Assembly (NCBI GenBank): GCA_016196825.1
Contig: JACPWY010000010.1
Span: forward strand, 233,355 to 297,354
DNA: 64,000 bases
Direction: 5' to 3'
DNA from: Deltaproteobacteria bacterium
GTDB lineage: Bacteria > Bdellovibrionota > FAC87 > UBA2466
Shown: piece by piece, positions 37,565-47,103 of the stretch
Position numbering within the stretch: position 1 is the first letter of the stretch
How the letters are laid out: the number at the start of each line of letters is the position of its first letter
Program-made: the position numbers and the translations under genes
The notes under the pieces: model-generated
The model's input: only the letters and a program-made list of their open reading frames with translations
What the model was told of the DNA's origin: nothing
Databases searched by the model: none

Positions 37565-38115
37565 TCGTTGTCCCCTTCGTCGTCAGGGTCGTCTGGGTTG
37601 CTGAGGTGGCGATCGTATTCCTGGTTGAAACTAAAATTCTTGAGGTCCTTGATGCGATCGATGTAGAGCACTCCATCGAGGTGATCGCATTCGTGTTGGA
37701 CGACAGTGGCGTCGAATCCATCGACCTCCATCTCGATTTTTTCCCCTTTGAGCCCGAGTGCAGTGACGGCGATGCGATTGGGACGTTCCACGAGGCCACG
37801 CAGACCGGGCAAACTCAGGCAGCCCTCCCAGTAGTGGCTTGTCTCTGAAGTGAGCGGCTTGATGACCGGGTTGATGAGGCAAAGAATCGTCGGCTTGCTA
37901 GAGCTCTTTTCGCTCTTCCAGAGCATTACGACGACTCTCAGGCTCTCGTGGATCTGAGGGGCGGCGAGACCCCGACCGTCATACTCGAACATGGTGTCGA
38001 TGAGATCGTGCACGAAACCCTGGAACTCCGGAGTCTTGATGGCCTTCTCGGGCACGGGGGCCGCGATCTTGCGCAGAACTGGATGGCCCATCCGGGCGAC
38101 TTTACGAATGGCCAT
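37561..38115 (-). CDS. def: Peptide deformylase
   Basis: GLAAPQIH, EGCLSLPG, HECDHLDG motifs. Confidence 0.92.
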   Translation of the reverse strand: MAIRKVARMGHPVLRKIAAPVPEKAIKTPEFQGFVHDLIDTMFEYDGRGLAAPQIHESLRVVVMLWKSEKSSSKPTILCLINPVIKPLTSETSHYWEGCLSLPGLRGLVERPNRIAVTALGLKGEKIEMEVDGFDATVVQHECDHLDGVLYIDRIKDLKNFSFNQEYDRHLSNPDDPDDEGDNE

Positions 38116-38618
38116 TACGCCACCCCCTTTTGGGACCGCTCTTCGCGAATCTTGCGGGCGTTGAAAAGTGCGACCTTCGGCCCCTCGAGTGGTTGGTGGA
38201 CGTCACGGGTGAAGAAGCCATTGGTGAAAAAGAAACCTTTGCTGCTTCCGACGCTCTTCACGAAGTCTTTGAATTCGAGCAATGTCGCCATAGTGACGCA
38301 AATCTCCGGTCCGTCGACGCGGTAGAAGCCAAATACATATTGGCCGAAAAAGACTGGGTTTTCGCTCTGGGCAACCCAGTAGGTCTCCCGATCAGAGATC
38401 GGCATTTGGTTGATGACCTTGAGGCCGTTCTCCTCACAGATTCGCCGCGCCGTCTCCTCGACAATCGAAAAGGACGGGATGAAGTGTTGGGGCTCTGCAG
38501 CATCATCCTCGGGTGGGACGCGATTCTGCTGACCCGGTGTTTTTTGGCGTGTGACGAGTATCGCAATCGAAATGGCTAACACGATCGCAAGCGCGGCCAA
38601 TGTGAAGATATTAAACAT
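38115..38618 (-). CDS. Membrane-anchored protein with possible Mrr-like restriction-endonuclease fold
   Basis: N-terminal TM FNIFTLAALAIVLAISIAILV. C-terminal layout ...CEENGLKV...ISDRETYW...YVFGFYRVDG...LLEFKDFVKSVGSSKGFFFTNGFFTRDV resembles Mrr_cat. This is a weak call made by eye. Confidence 0.35.
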   Translation of the reverse strand: MFNIFTLAALAIVLAISIAILVTRQKTPGQQNRVPPEDDAAEPQHFIPSFSIVEETARRICEENGLKVINQMPISDRETYWVAQSENPVFFGQYVFGFYRVDGPEICVTMATLLEFKDFVKSVGSSKGFFFTNGFFTRDVHQPLEGPKVALFNARKIREERSQKGVA

Positions 38619-39423
38619 AGGCGTTGTTAATCACTTCGCCGAGCCCGCCAGCACCGGGCACGATGTACTGCTTCGCATTAAGACCGCGTTCCCCCGGGTT
38701 CGTGCCGGGAACCGTTGTGAGGATCTCTGGCGGGCTGAGTCCGCGGTCCAGTCGGACGGCGTAAACAACGATCTCAGGGTGCTCCTTGGTGACCGCGGCC
38801 AGGTATTCGGGCGTTACAACGAGGTGTATCGCGAGAAAGCGTTTGGGCTTGCCGCGATCCTTGTAGATGTTCATCGCTGACCGGATGGTGGACCCGGTGG
38901 CGCCCATCGGATCGGGGATCACCACGAAGGCATCGTTGATGTCGCCCCCGATCTTGGCCCCGGAAAGATTGGCCCCCACGACCTGGTCGTTTGCGCCGGT
39001 GACGCGGTTGATCGAGATGTGATCCTGGCGAACGCCGTCGGAGTTCAAGAAATAGTTGAAGGCGTCAAAGCAGATCTGCGAGGGCAACGTTCCGGCGCGG
39101 GCAAGATTGACGCTCACCACGCTTTGCGAGGGGTCAATCACTGCGGCCGTGAAGTGCCCTTCGGGGTGCGTCGACGCCATCCGAGTTTGGAGCTGTGTCT
39201 CGATGAGTGGAAACTCTGCGTTCACCACGATCTTCACAAGCTGCCGATAGAGGATGTCGAGGAGCTGATTGATCGCCGGCTGCTTACACTCGGGGTGGCA
39301 GAGCTTGGCCAGCATCGTGAAGAGATACGGATCATCGAGGAGATGAACGTTCGCGCCGTACTTGTGCTCGATCTCATTCGCGGCGGTGTTTCGCCGATTC
39401 AGATATTGGGAATCTCTTAACAT
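38611..39423 (-). CDS. Uracil phosphoribosyltransferase-family protein (long form)
   Basis: PRPP loop VVIPDPMGATGST and C-terminal YIVPGAGGLGEVINNAY. 270 aa, against about 210 aa for the classical Upp. Confidence 0.7.
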   Translation of the reverse strand: MLRDSQYLNRRNTAANEIEHKYGANVHLLDDPYLFTMLAKLCHPECKQPAINQLLDILYRQLVKIVVNAEFPLIETQLQTRMASTHPEGHFTAAVIDPSQSVVSVNLARAGTLPSQICFDAFNYFLNSDGVRQDHISINRVTGANDQVVGANLSGAKIGGDINDAFVVIPDPMGATGSTIRSAMNIYKDRGKPKRFLAIHLVVTPEYLAAVTKEHPEIVVYAVRLDRGLSPPEILTTVPGTNPGERGLNAKQYIVPGAGGLGEVINNAYV

Positions 39424-39530
39424 GACGCGCTCAGTGGGGAAGGATTACACCAAAAGCGCCCTTTACACAAAGCTCAAAATGGCTGTAGTTTCTGGACCAT
39501 ACACGCTTTTTGCGGTTGGGGGTTTCCACA

Positions 39531-40100
39531 ATGCAACTGTCGCTCGAGCTCGATGAATTCGTGGTGTTTGACCTCGAGACCACAGGTCTCTCCCCCTGGG
39601 GTGGTGATGAGATTATTGAGATCGGGGCCATTAAGGTCTTTGGTGCCGAAATTGACGAGAAGAATGCGTTCCATTCCTTGGTGAATCCCAAAAGGATGAT
39701 TCCCTCAGCGGCTACCAATGTGAATGGAATCACCAATGACATGGTGGCTGGCGCTCCGGCCATAGACGAGGTGCTTCCGCGTTTTTGGGAATTCGTGGGG
39801 CAGTCTTGGCTGGTGGCCCAGAACGCCAAGTTCGATTTGGGCTTTTTGATGAAGTATCTCGTACAGCGGAAGATGAAGAAACAATTCGAGGTTTATGACA
39901 CGGTGATTCTGAGCCGGCGGGCCTTTCCGACGGAGCAGGGGCACAATCTCGATAAGATTGCGGGTCGTCTTGGCCTTCGGTACGAGCAGAACGACCGCCA
40001 TCGTTCCATGGGCGATGTGAAGTTGACGGCGCAGGCGTTCATTCACCTCAAGGAGATGCTGGGCCCATCGATTCCGCCGCGCGAAAAATGGGCCGTCTAA
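39531..40100 (+). CDS. DnaQ-like 3'-5' exonuclease (DEDDh)
   Basis: FVVFDLETTGL (ExoI), AQNAKFDLGFL (ExoII), HRSMGDV (ExoIII). The ORF is open from 39510. Confidence 0.8.
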   Translation: MQLSLELDEFVVFDLETTGLSPWGGDEIIEIGAIKVFGAEIDEKNAFHSLVNPKRMIPSAATNVNGITNDMVAGAPAIDEVLPRFWEFVGQSWLVAQNAKFDLGFLMKYLVQRKMKKQFEVYDTVILSRRAFPTEQGHNLDKIAGRLGLRYEQNDRHRSMGDVKLTAQAFIHLKEMLGPSIPPREKWAV

Positions 40101-40121
40101 TGCCCCAGGGTATCCCTCCTT

Positions 40122-40150
40122 ATTGAAAACACTCCCAGCATTGAATACAA
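40122..40150 (+). promoter_or_regulatory. Sigma70-like promoter candidate for aceBA
   Basis: TTGAAA (40122-40127), a 17-nt spacer, then TACAAT (40145-40150), 37 nt upstream of the aceB ATG. Confidence 0.4.
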
Positions 40151-40186
40151 TTTTAGTCGGTCATCTTTCACGTCCCGACCGATCCG

Positions 40187-41788
40187 ATGAAAAAATCTGG
40201 CCTGGAAATTCTGGGATTGCAGCGCCCCGAATGGGGTGGAGTGCTGTCTTCTGCGGCGCTGACCTTTGTCGAGGAGCTCGAGCGTCGCTTTGGGGAGCGT
40301 CGCCGTGAACTCTTAGCGCATCGGCAGACGGTGCAGGCCAAGATCGATTCGGGCTGGCTGCCCGATTTTCTGCCAGAGACCGCCGAGGTTAGGCGCGGGA
40401 ATTGGTCGGTCGCGAAAGCCCCCGGTGATCTCCAAGATCGTCGAGTGGAGATCACCGGCCCCGTGGATCGGAAAATGGTGATCAACGCGCTCAACTCCGG
40501 GGCGCGAGTGTTCATGGCCGATTTTGAGGATTCCCATGCGCCCACCTGGAGCGGCACGATCCAAGGGCAGATCAACCTTTCGGACGCCATCCGTCGTGTG
40601 ATCCGGTTTGAAAGCCCCGAAGGGAAAATCTATTCGCTCAACGAGAAGACCGCGACTTTGATCGTGCGCCCCCGCGGGTGGCATTTGGAAGAAAAACATG
40701 TTCGCGTGGCCGGACGCCCGATATCGGCGAGCCTCTTTGATTTCGGGCTCTACTTTTTCCACAACGGCTCGGAGTTGATCCGACGCGGGACGGGTCCGTA
40801 TTTCTACCTTCCGAAGATGGAGAGCCGTCTTGAGGCGCGACTCTGGAATGATGTGTTCGTTTTCGCGCAGGAGAGTTTGGACATTCCTCGGGGGACCATC
40901 AAGGCTACCGTTCTCATTGAGACGATCCTGGCGGCCTTTGAAATGGACGAAATCCTCTATGAATTGAAGGATCACTCCGCAGGCCTCAATTGCGGCCGGT
41001 GGGATTACATTTTCAGTTTCATTAAGAAGTTCCGAAATCGAGCGGAATTTGTATTGCCCGATCGGCAGCAGGTCACGATGACCTGCCATTTTTTGAAAAG
41101 TTACACGGAGCTTGTGATACAGACCTGTCATAAACGGGGTGCTCATGCGATGGGCGGGATGGCGGCGCAAATCCCCATCCGAAATGATCCTGAGGCCAAC
41201 GCGGTGGCGACGGAAAAGGTTCGCACTGACAAGTTGCGCGAAGTGACGGCGGGCCATGATGGCACCTGGGTGGCCCACCCGGGATTGATCCCGGTGGCAC
41301 TTGAGGTGTTTGACAGCAAGATGCCGGGGGCGAATCAGCTCTTTGTTTTGAGAAATGATGTGAAGACGACGGCGCAGGATCTCTTAGTGATTCCGCGGGG
41401 GACGATCACAGAAGCGGGATTGAGAAATAATATCTCTGTCGGGCTTCAGTACCTGGAGGCCTGGTTGCGCGGCAATGGCTGCGTGCCCATCAATAATCTT
41501 ATGGAGGATGCGGCGACGGCGGAGATCTCTCGGGCCCAGCTCTGGCAGTGGATCCGCCACCCGAAGGGAAAATTGGAAAGTGGGCGCAAGGTCGATGCTG
41601 CTCTTTTTCGCGGCTTTCTTGGCGAGGAGCTAGCCGCGCACCAGCGACGTCTTGGTGCGGAGGGGTTTGCGGCGAGCCAATTCGAGAGAGCGGCTAAAGT
41701 TTTCGACGAGATTACGACCAGTGACACATTTTGCGAGTTTCTGACTTTGCCTTGTTACGATCTCATTTTGGAAAAGGGGGCTCAATGA
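40187..41788 (+). CDS. aceB: Malate synthase A
   Basis: 533 aa. [37 protein letters not shown], and catalytic-region residues typical of AceB. Confidence 0.92.
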   Translation: MKKSGLEILGLQRPEWGGVLSSAALTFVEELERRFGERRRELLAHRQTVQAKIDSGWLPDFLPETAEVRRGNWSVAKAPGDLQDRRVEITGPVDRKMVINALNSGARVFMADFEDSHAPTWSGTIQGQINLSDAIRRVIRFESPEGKIYSLNEKTATLIVRPRGWHLEEKHVRVAGRPISASLFDFGLYFFHNGSELIRRGTGPYFYLPKMESRLEARLWNDVFVFAQESLDIPRGTIKATVLIETILAAFEMDEILYELKDHSAGLNCGRWDYIFSFIKKFRNRAEFVLPDRQQVTMTCHFLKSYTELVIQTCHKRGAHAMGGMAAQIPIRNDPEANAVATEKVRTDKLREVTAGHDGTWVAHPGLIPVALEVFDSKMPGANQLFVLRNDVKTTAQDLLVIPRGTITEAGLRNNISVGLQYLEAWLRGNGCVPINNLMEDAATAEISRAQLWQWIRHPKGKLESGRKVDAALFRGFLGEELAAHQRRLGAEGFAASQFERAAKVFDEITTSDTFCEFLTLPCYDLILEKGAQ

Positions 41789-43065
41789 AACAACGTGAAG
41801 CAAAGTTGATGGACCAAGAGTGGAATTCTTCTCCGCGTTGGAATCAGATCAAACGCAATTACTCGGCGGTTGATGTGGCGCGCCTTCGTGGCTCCCTATT
41901 CATTGAATATTCGTTAGCGCGGCATGGGGCGGAGCTGCTCTGGGAGCTGCTGAGTTCGGGCGAGGGTGTGTTTGCGCTAGGGGCGCTCACTGGGAATCAG
42001 GCCGTGCAGCAGGTGCAGGCGGGTTTGAAGGTCATCTACTGCAGTGGTTGGCAGGTGGCGGCGGATGCCAATCAGAGTTTTCAGACCTACCCCGACCAGA
42101 GTCTTTATCCGGCCGACAGCGTCCCGGCGTTGGTGAAGCGAATCAACAACGCGTTTCAGCGGGCCGATCAAATCCAGCATTCCGAAAAATATGGCGAGCT
42201 CAATTTCTTTGCGCCGATCATAGCGGACGCCGAGGCGGGGTTTGGCGGCAATTTGAATGCCTTCGAACTGATGAAGGCGATGATCGAGGCTGGGGCGGCG
42301 GGTGTGCACTTCGAGGATCAGTTGAGCTCGGCCAAGAAGTGCGGCCATATGGGGGGCAAAGTGCTGGTGCCGACGTGCGAGGCGATTCAAAAGCTCGTGG
42401 CGGCTCGGTTGGCAGCCGACGTAATGGATGTGCCGACAATTATTGTGGCGCGCACAGATGCCAACGGGGCGAACCTCATCACCTCCGATATTGATCCCGT
42501 GGACCGGAAATTTTTGAGTGGATCACGGACGGTGGAGGGGTTTTTCAATATGAAGGGTGGCATTGAGGCGGCGAGCGCGCGTGGGGTGGCCTATGCCCCT
42601 TACGCCGATCTCATCTGGTGTGAAACCTCTGAGCCGAATCTTGCCGAGGCGCAACAGTTTGCCGACGCGGTCCATGCGAAGTATCCGGGCAAATGGCTCG
42701 CCTACAACTGTTCCCCTTCATTCAACTGGAACAAGAAGCTCGACGCCGGCACGATTGCGAAGTTCCGGAGTGAGCTCTACCGGATGGGTTACAAATTTCA
42801 ATTCATCACATTGGCTGGCTTCCATTCGCTCAACTTCGGCATGTTTGAATTGGCGCAGGCCTATAAAACGGACGGCATGAGCGCCTACTCCAAACTTCAA
42901 GAGGCAGAGTTCGCAAAGGAGGGCGAAGGTTACCGGGCCACGACCCATCAGAAGTTCGTGGGGACCGGTTATTTCGATGACGTGGCGCAGGTGATTGCGG
43001 GGGGGGCTCTCTCCACAAAGGCGCTTCATGGCTCGACCGAGGAAGAGCAGTTCTTGACGACGTAA
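41785..43065 (+). CDS. aceA: Isocitrate lyase
   Basis: [13 protein letters not shown] signature. ATGA overlap with the aceB stop (the ORF is open from 41731). Confidence 0.92.
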   Translation: MKQREAKLMDQEWNSSPRWNQIKRNYSAVDVARLRGSLFIEYSLARHGAELLWELLSSGEGVFALGALTGNQAVQQVQAGLKVIYCSGWQVAADANQSFQTYPDQSLYPADSVPALVKRINNAFQRADQIQHSEKYGELNFFAPIIADAEAGFGGNLNAFELMKAMIEAGAAGVHFEDQLSSAKKCGHMGGKVLVPTCEAIQKLVAARLAADVMDVPTIIVARTDANGANLITSDIDPVDRKFLSGSRTVEGFFNMKGGIEAASARGVAYAPYADLIWCETSEPNLAEAQQFADAVHAKYPGKWLAYNCSPSFNWNKKLDAGTIAKFRSELYRMGYKFQFITLAGFHSLNFGMFELAQAYKTDGMSAYSKLQEAEFAKEGEGYRATTHQKFVGTGYFDDVAQVIAGGALSTKALHGSTEEEQFLTT

Positions 43066-43907
43066 TGCAGGACGAGGTCATCATCAAGCCCGGGGGAGGT
43101 TGGGCGCTCCCCCGGTGGAAGACTATCACTCAAAACTTCGATCTCCTTTTCGTCCTCGTGCGGCGCGAGTTTCTTTCAAAATATCGCCAGACGATCTTGG
43201 GCCCGGCCTGGTACATCGCTCAGCCGCTCTTCACGGGCCTGATATTCACAGCGCTTTTCAGTTCGGCCGCGAAGATGTCGACCGATGGAATTCCGCCGCT
43301 CCTCTTTTATTTTTGTGGACTCCTGTCATGGGGCTATTTCGTCGGGTGTCTGGAGGCGACAGCTGGATCGCTAGTCAATAACTCAGCGCTCTTCCAGAAA
43401 GTGTACTTCCCTCGGATCCTGGTGCCGCTTTCACTCGTCATTGCGAAAATGTATTCGTACTTTGTTCAGCTTGCGGTCTTTCTTCTCTTTGTGGCCTTTT
43501 ACCACCTGAAGTCGGGGACATTTTCTTTTCATCCGAATTGGACGCTCGCCTTCTATCCTCTCATCCTTGTTCAGACCGCGGCTCTTGCGCTCGGAGTGGG
43601 GTTGTGGGTGGCGGCGCTGAGCACGCAGTACCGAGATTTTCACCACCTTCTGGGCTTTGCGATTCAGTTGTGGATGTATGCGACGCCGATCATTTACCCG
43701 CTGTCACTTATTCAAGAGAAATGGCGGGGCTGGGTGCTGCTCAATCCGATGTGCGCTGTCACGGAGGCTTACCGGAGAATGTTCTTCGGCGTGGGTGGGG
43801 TGAGCTTTGCGGCCCATGCATGGTCGGCGGCGCTGACATTTTTTATCATTGTGACGGGCCTACTCATGTTTCAGCGGGTGGAGCGGCGATTTGTGGACAC
43901 TCTTTAG
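43065..43907 (+). CDS. ABC-2 type exporter permease (Wzm/TagG/KpsM-like)
   Basis: 280 aa, 6 TM, ABC2_membrane-type sequence (LVRREFLSKYRQTILGPAWYIAQP...). TAATG overlap with the aceA stop. No cognate ATPase gene is adjacent. Confidence 0.75.
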   Translation: MQDEVIIKPGGGWALPRWKTITQNFDLLFVLVRREFLSKYRQTILGPAWYIAQPLFTGLIFTALFSSAAKMSTDGIPPLLFYFCGLLSWGYFVGCLEATAGSLVNNSALFQKVYFPRILVPLSLVIAKMYSYFVQLAVFLLFVAFYHLKSGTFSFHPNWTLAFYPLILVQTAALALGVGLWVAALSTQYRDFHHLLGFAIQLWMYATPIIYPLSLIQEKWRGWVLLNPMCAVTEAYRRMFFGVGGVSFAAHAWSAALTFFIIVTGLLMFQRVERRFVDTL

Positions 43908-43908
43908 G

Positions 43909-43946
43909 GCCTATCCCTACGAAGGGATTTAGGGATAGGCTCTTAG
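43909..43946. repeat. Palindromic intergenic element, short copy (family with 53421 and 55527)
   Basis: GCCTATCCCTA-cgaagggatt-TAGGGATAGGC then TCTTAG. The 26-mer GAAGGGATTTAGGGATAGGCTCTTAG (43921-43946) recurs at 55635-55660. Confidence 0.8.
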
Positions 43947-44923
43947 GGATTTCGGCCTGGGTAGTGGTTGCGGTAGAGGCTTTGGGCAAACGCGAGTGGA
44001 TCCCTCTCGAGTTCCGCCAGTATTTGTTTTCGCTCAGTTTCCGACTTTGTGCGCCACTCCTCCCCCGTGCTGTATTGGGAACTGTAAAAGCTCAGAACCT
44101 GGATGTGCGAAAGAGTGTGGTAGCGCCCGGCGCTGTCTCTCGGCACTTCTATCAGTACCATCCCGTCTTCGTGGCGGAGTTGGTCGACTTTGTTGGTGAG
44201 AAAATATCCGTCAGGTGTTAGGCCTTCGTGGTCGGAGGACAAGATCCTTTCGGGCGAAATCGCGAGGACCAAGGTTCTCCGGCTAGTGGTCCCGCGGATG
44301 GGAAGACGAGAACCGTCGCTTGTGACAGCGCTGCCCTCTTCGAATTTGAGTTGGTAGAGCTCAGGGCTGTGGAACAGCTTATCGGTGATAACCGCCGTTT
44401 CAATTCGAGCCTGGGTGTCTCGTTTGAGGTCCAAGAATTCGTAAGGGTTCATAAGGCCCATTCGATCCATTTCGCTTTCAATGTGGGCCCAGAACTGCTT
44501 TCGGGAGCCCGCGGTATTGCCCATTCGCCAGAGGAGGGGTTTGAGGGCGAAATGGCGATTGGGTTCGACGCCGGTTGCGCGTAAGATGCGCAACACCTCT
44601 GATTGAGATCTCACTGTTCCATTGTGGAGAAAAATCTCCTCACGCAGATCTTTAGGCAACTGAGCAAGAAGGAAGAGGGCATTTTGCTCTGGAAGATCTG
44701 GGAAGATAGCGGGTCCGTGGTCATGCTGTTGCCCCCACTCCAAAAGAGCCCGTTCATGACTCATGGTGAGATGAAGCTTTGGGCTGAAGCGGGAAAAAAC
44801 CTTGGAGATACATTGGCGAAGACTGAAGAGACTGTTCGGTTCTCGCGCTGCCATCGAAGTGCAACTTGAAGACAAGGCAAGCGCAGCGCCAAGGACGACT
44901 GAGCGGAGGTGTGACTGAATCAT
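43943..44923 (-). CDS. Putative lipoprotein of unknown function
   Basis: The ORF is open to 45010. The internal ATG 44923 gives MIQSHLRSVVLGAALALSSSC (lipobox). No recognisable motif. Confidence 0.5.
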   Translation of the reverse strand: MIQSHLRSVVLGAALALSSSCTSMAAREPNSLFSLRQCISKVFSRFSPKLHLTMSHERALLEWGQQHDHGPAIFPDLPEQNALFLLAQLPKDLREEIFLHNGTVRSQSEVLRILRATGVEPNRHFALKPLLWRMGNTAGSRKQFWAHIESEMDRMGLMNPYEFLDLKRDTQARIETAVITDKLFHSPELYQLKFEEGSAVTSDGSRLPIRGTTSRRTLVLAISPERILSSDHEGLTPDGYFLTNKVDQLRHEDGMVLIEVPRDSAGRYHTLSHIQVLSFYSSQYSTGEEWRTKSETERKQILAELERDPLAFAQSLYRNHYPGRNP

Positions 44924-45025
44924 CGTTTTCACAGTGTTACATGAAGCAAGAAGCGGACCGTGGGCAGGTGTGCGGGAAATGGGGTGTATCCATCGAAAAT
45001 ACAGCGTCAAAACCTTGTGCCAATT

Positions 45026-45820
45026 TCAAGTTTTTGATCGGAGGAATTCTTTGAGGCGGCGGGGGTAGTCGGTGATGAGGCCATCAACCTCCCAGGCGAT
45101 GAGTCGCTCCCAGTCGCGGGGATCGTTCACCGTCCAGGGGACGACCTTGAGTCCCGCGACGTGGGTCGCACGAATGAGATCTTCCGAGAGGAATTCGAAA
45201 TAGGGGCCGATCATTGTTGCACCAACTCGCTGAGATTCAGTGATGAAGTCGCATGGTTTTTCAAAGAGAGCGGATCGAGTGCTGTGGGGGGCGAACCTCC
45301 TGAGCTGTTCCATTACCTCAAGATCGAATGATTGAAGTTGGTGTTTCCAGGGGTTGGGGTAGATCTTGAGAGTTTCGACGACAGCTGAAGCGAGGTTTTC
45401 CGCTGACGGCTCGGGTCCTTCGCGCTTGATCTCCACGTTAAGGGCACCGCGCCCCATCAGCCGTATGAGAAGATCCTCGAGAGTAGGGATGATCTGACCC
45501 GGAACCGTTTTCTGCGACGGGAAGCGGTTGTTTTGAATGGCGCCAGCATCGAACTCCTTGAGATCTACGGTGCTCAAACTGGAAACGGGAATGGGCGATG
45601 ATATCTTTTTGCCATCTTTGCGCCGGTAGAGTGCATTGGTGATTGTGGCATCGTGGATGACGACTGGAATGCCGTCACGATTCAAATGGAGATCCAATTC
45701 AAGAAAATCCGCGCCGGCCGAGATCGCCTCTTCAAATGCGGCCATCGTATTTTCTGGGTGGGTGCCTCGGGATCCACGGTGCCCGTGGATGAGGATTGAG
45801 CGTCTCGGTTGCGAAGCCAT
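45026..45820 (-). CDS. Glycerophosphodiester phosphodiesterase
   Basis: HGHRGSRGTHPENTMAAFEEAISAGADFLELDLHLNRDGIPVVIHD. Confidence 0.88.
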   Translation of the reverse strand: MASQPRRSILIHGHRGSRGTHPENTMAAFEEAISAGADFLELDLHLNRDGIPVVIHDATITNALYRRKDGKKISSPIPVSSLSTVDLKEFDAGAIQNNRFPSQKTVPGQIIPTLEDLLIRLMGRGALNVEIKREGPEPSAENLASAVVETLKIYPNPWKHQLQSFDLEVMEQLRRFAPHSTRSALFEKPCDFITESQRVGATMIGPYFEFLSEDLIRATHVAGLKVVPWTVNDPRDWERLIAWEVDGLITDYPRRLKEFLRSKT

Positions 45821-46023
45821 GTTTGTAGGTTAATGCCGAATTGCGCTACGCGGAAAGCATTACCATCAGCATGGCAGCGTATATTAACAACAATAATTGC
45901 TGCATTGTGCTACTCCTGCCTATTGATTCGGCGCATTTGCTGCGGAGCTTAAGACAAAAACAATGCATTTGGACATGGATTTAATTCGTTGAAAATATAA
46001 GGTTTTGTCAATACAGATTTTTC

Positions 46024-47103
46024 TTGATGTTACGCGAACTTATTGAGGAGAAGGCGCTCGGTGAGGGGTTACTCTTTCTGGGCAATGTCTCGCCCGACTA
46101 CCCCTTGGCGGGTCATCGTTACGGGGCTTGGATCGATGAAGGTCTCCATGCAGGAATGGATTTTCTGGCGCGGAACCGACAGGTCCGAGGTCATCCTGTC
46201 GAGCTTCTTCCGGGCGTTCGATCCGTGAGTCTCTTTGCGATGCCTTATGGTGCACCACAGGCGAACTTGGGCCCACAAGCGGCGCAGTACGCCCGACACC
46301 CGGACTATCATAAGGTGCTGAAAAAGAAGTTGGAGCGAATCGCCGGGGCGCTTTCCTGGAATCCTTATCGTGTATTTGTGGACTCGGCGCCTCTTCTCGA
46401 GAGGGCGCTCGCCGAAAAAACAACGAAGGGATTCATCGGCAAGAACACCTGCTACATTCACCCGCGTTTCGGGAGCCTCTTGCTGCTTGGGGAGATCTTC
46501 TCAACAATTGACGGCACCTTTGATGTGCCATCTTCAATCACTCTGGGGAAACGAGATGAGGCGGGTGGCTGCGGTTCGTGCACGGCCTGTCAGGTGAGTT
46601 GCCCCACCGGAGCACTCGACACGGACTACCGAATTGATAGCGCCAAATGTCTCGCCTATTGGACGATTGAGAACCGTGGGACGATTCCCGTGAAGTACTG
46701 GCCCTATTTGGCCCAATACTGGTTTGGCTGCGATATCTGCCAAAATGTCTGCCCCTTCAACACACACGCGGTGGCGCTGCCCGAGGTTCCCTATTTCCCG
46801 GTGCGAGAGGTACCCGACCTCCTGACCGTGGCGACGATGGGAGAGGCCGATTACCAGAAATATTTTGGCGGAACTCCCTTCACGAGGGCCAAGCGCGCTG
46901 GCCTTCGTCGCAACGCCTTGATCGCTCTCGTGGTGACCAAGCACCCTGAACTCGATAGCGTGTTGGCAACGGTGCAGAGCGATCCACTCTATCCACTGTC
47001 AGAAACGGTGGCTCAAATTGACCAGTACCGGTTTGAGTTTCCCGACGATACGTGCGTTAATATTCCCCATGCTACCCCATTCTGCGCACCGCATTCACCC
47101 TGA
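46024..47103 (+). CDS. queG: tRNA epoxyqueuosine(34) reductase QueG
   Basis: CGSCTACQVSCPTGAL and CDICQNVCPFN ferredoxin motifs, plus C-terminal HEAT-like region RAKRAGLRRNALIAL. Confidence 0.85.
   Translation: MMLRELIEEKALGEGLLFLGNVSPDYPLAGHRYGAWIDEGLHAGMDFLARNRQVRGHPVELLPGVRSVSLFAMPYGAPQANLGPQAAQYARHPDYHKVLKKKLERIAGALSWNPYRVFVDSAPLLERALAEKTTKGFIGKNTCYIHPRFGSLLLLGEIFSTIDGTFDVPSSITLGKRDEAGGCGSCTACQVSCPTGALDTDYRIDSAKCLAYWTIENRGTIPVKYWPYLAQYWFGCDICQNVCPFNTHAVALPEVPYFPVREVPDLLTVATMGEADYQKYFGGTPFTRAKRAGLRRNALIALVVTKHPELDSVLATVQSDPLYPLSETVAQIDQYRFEFPDDTCVNIPHATPFCAPHSP

Noticed and set aside
40313-41278. 321-aa minus-strand ORF
   Set aside because: It is antisense to malate synthase A, which is unambiguous. 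The sequence is low-complexity and Arg-rich.
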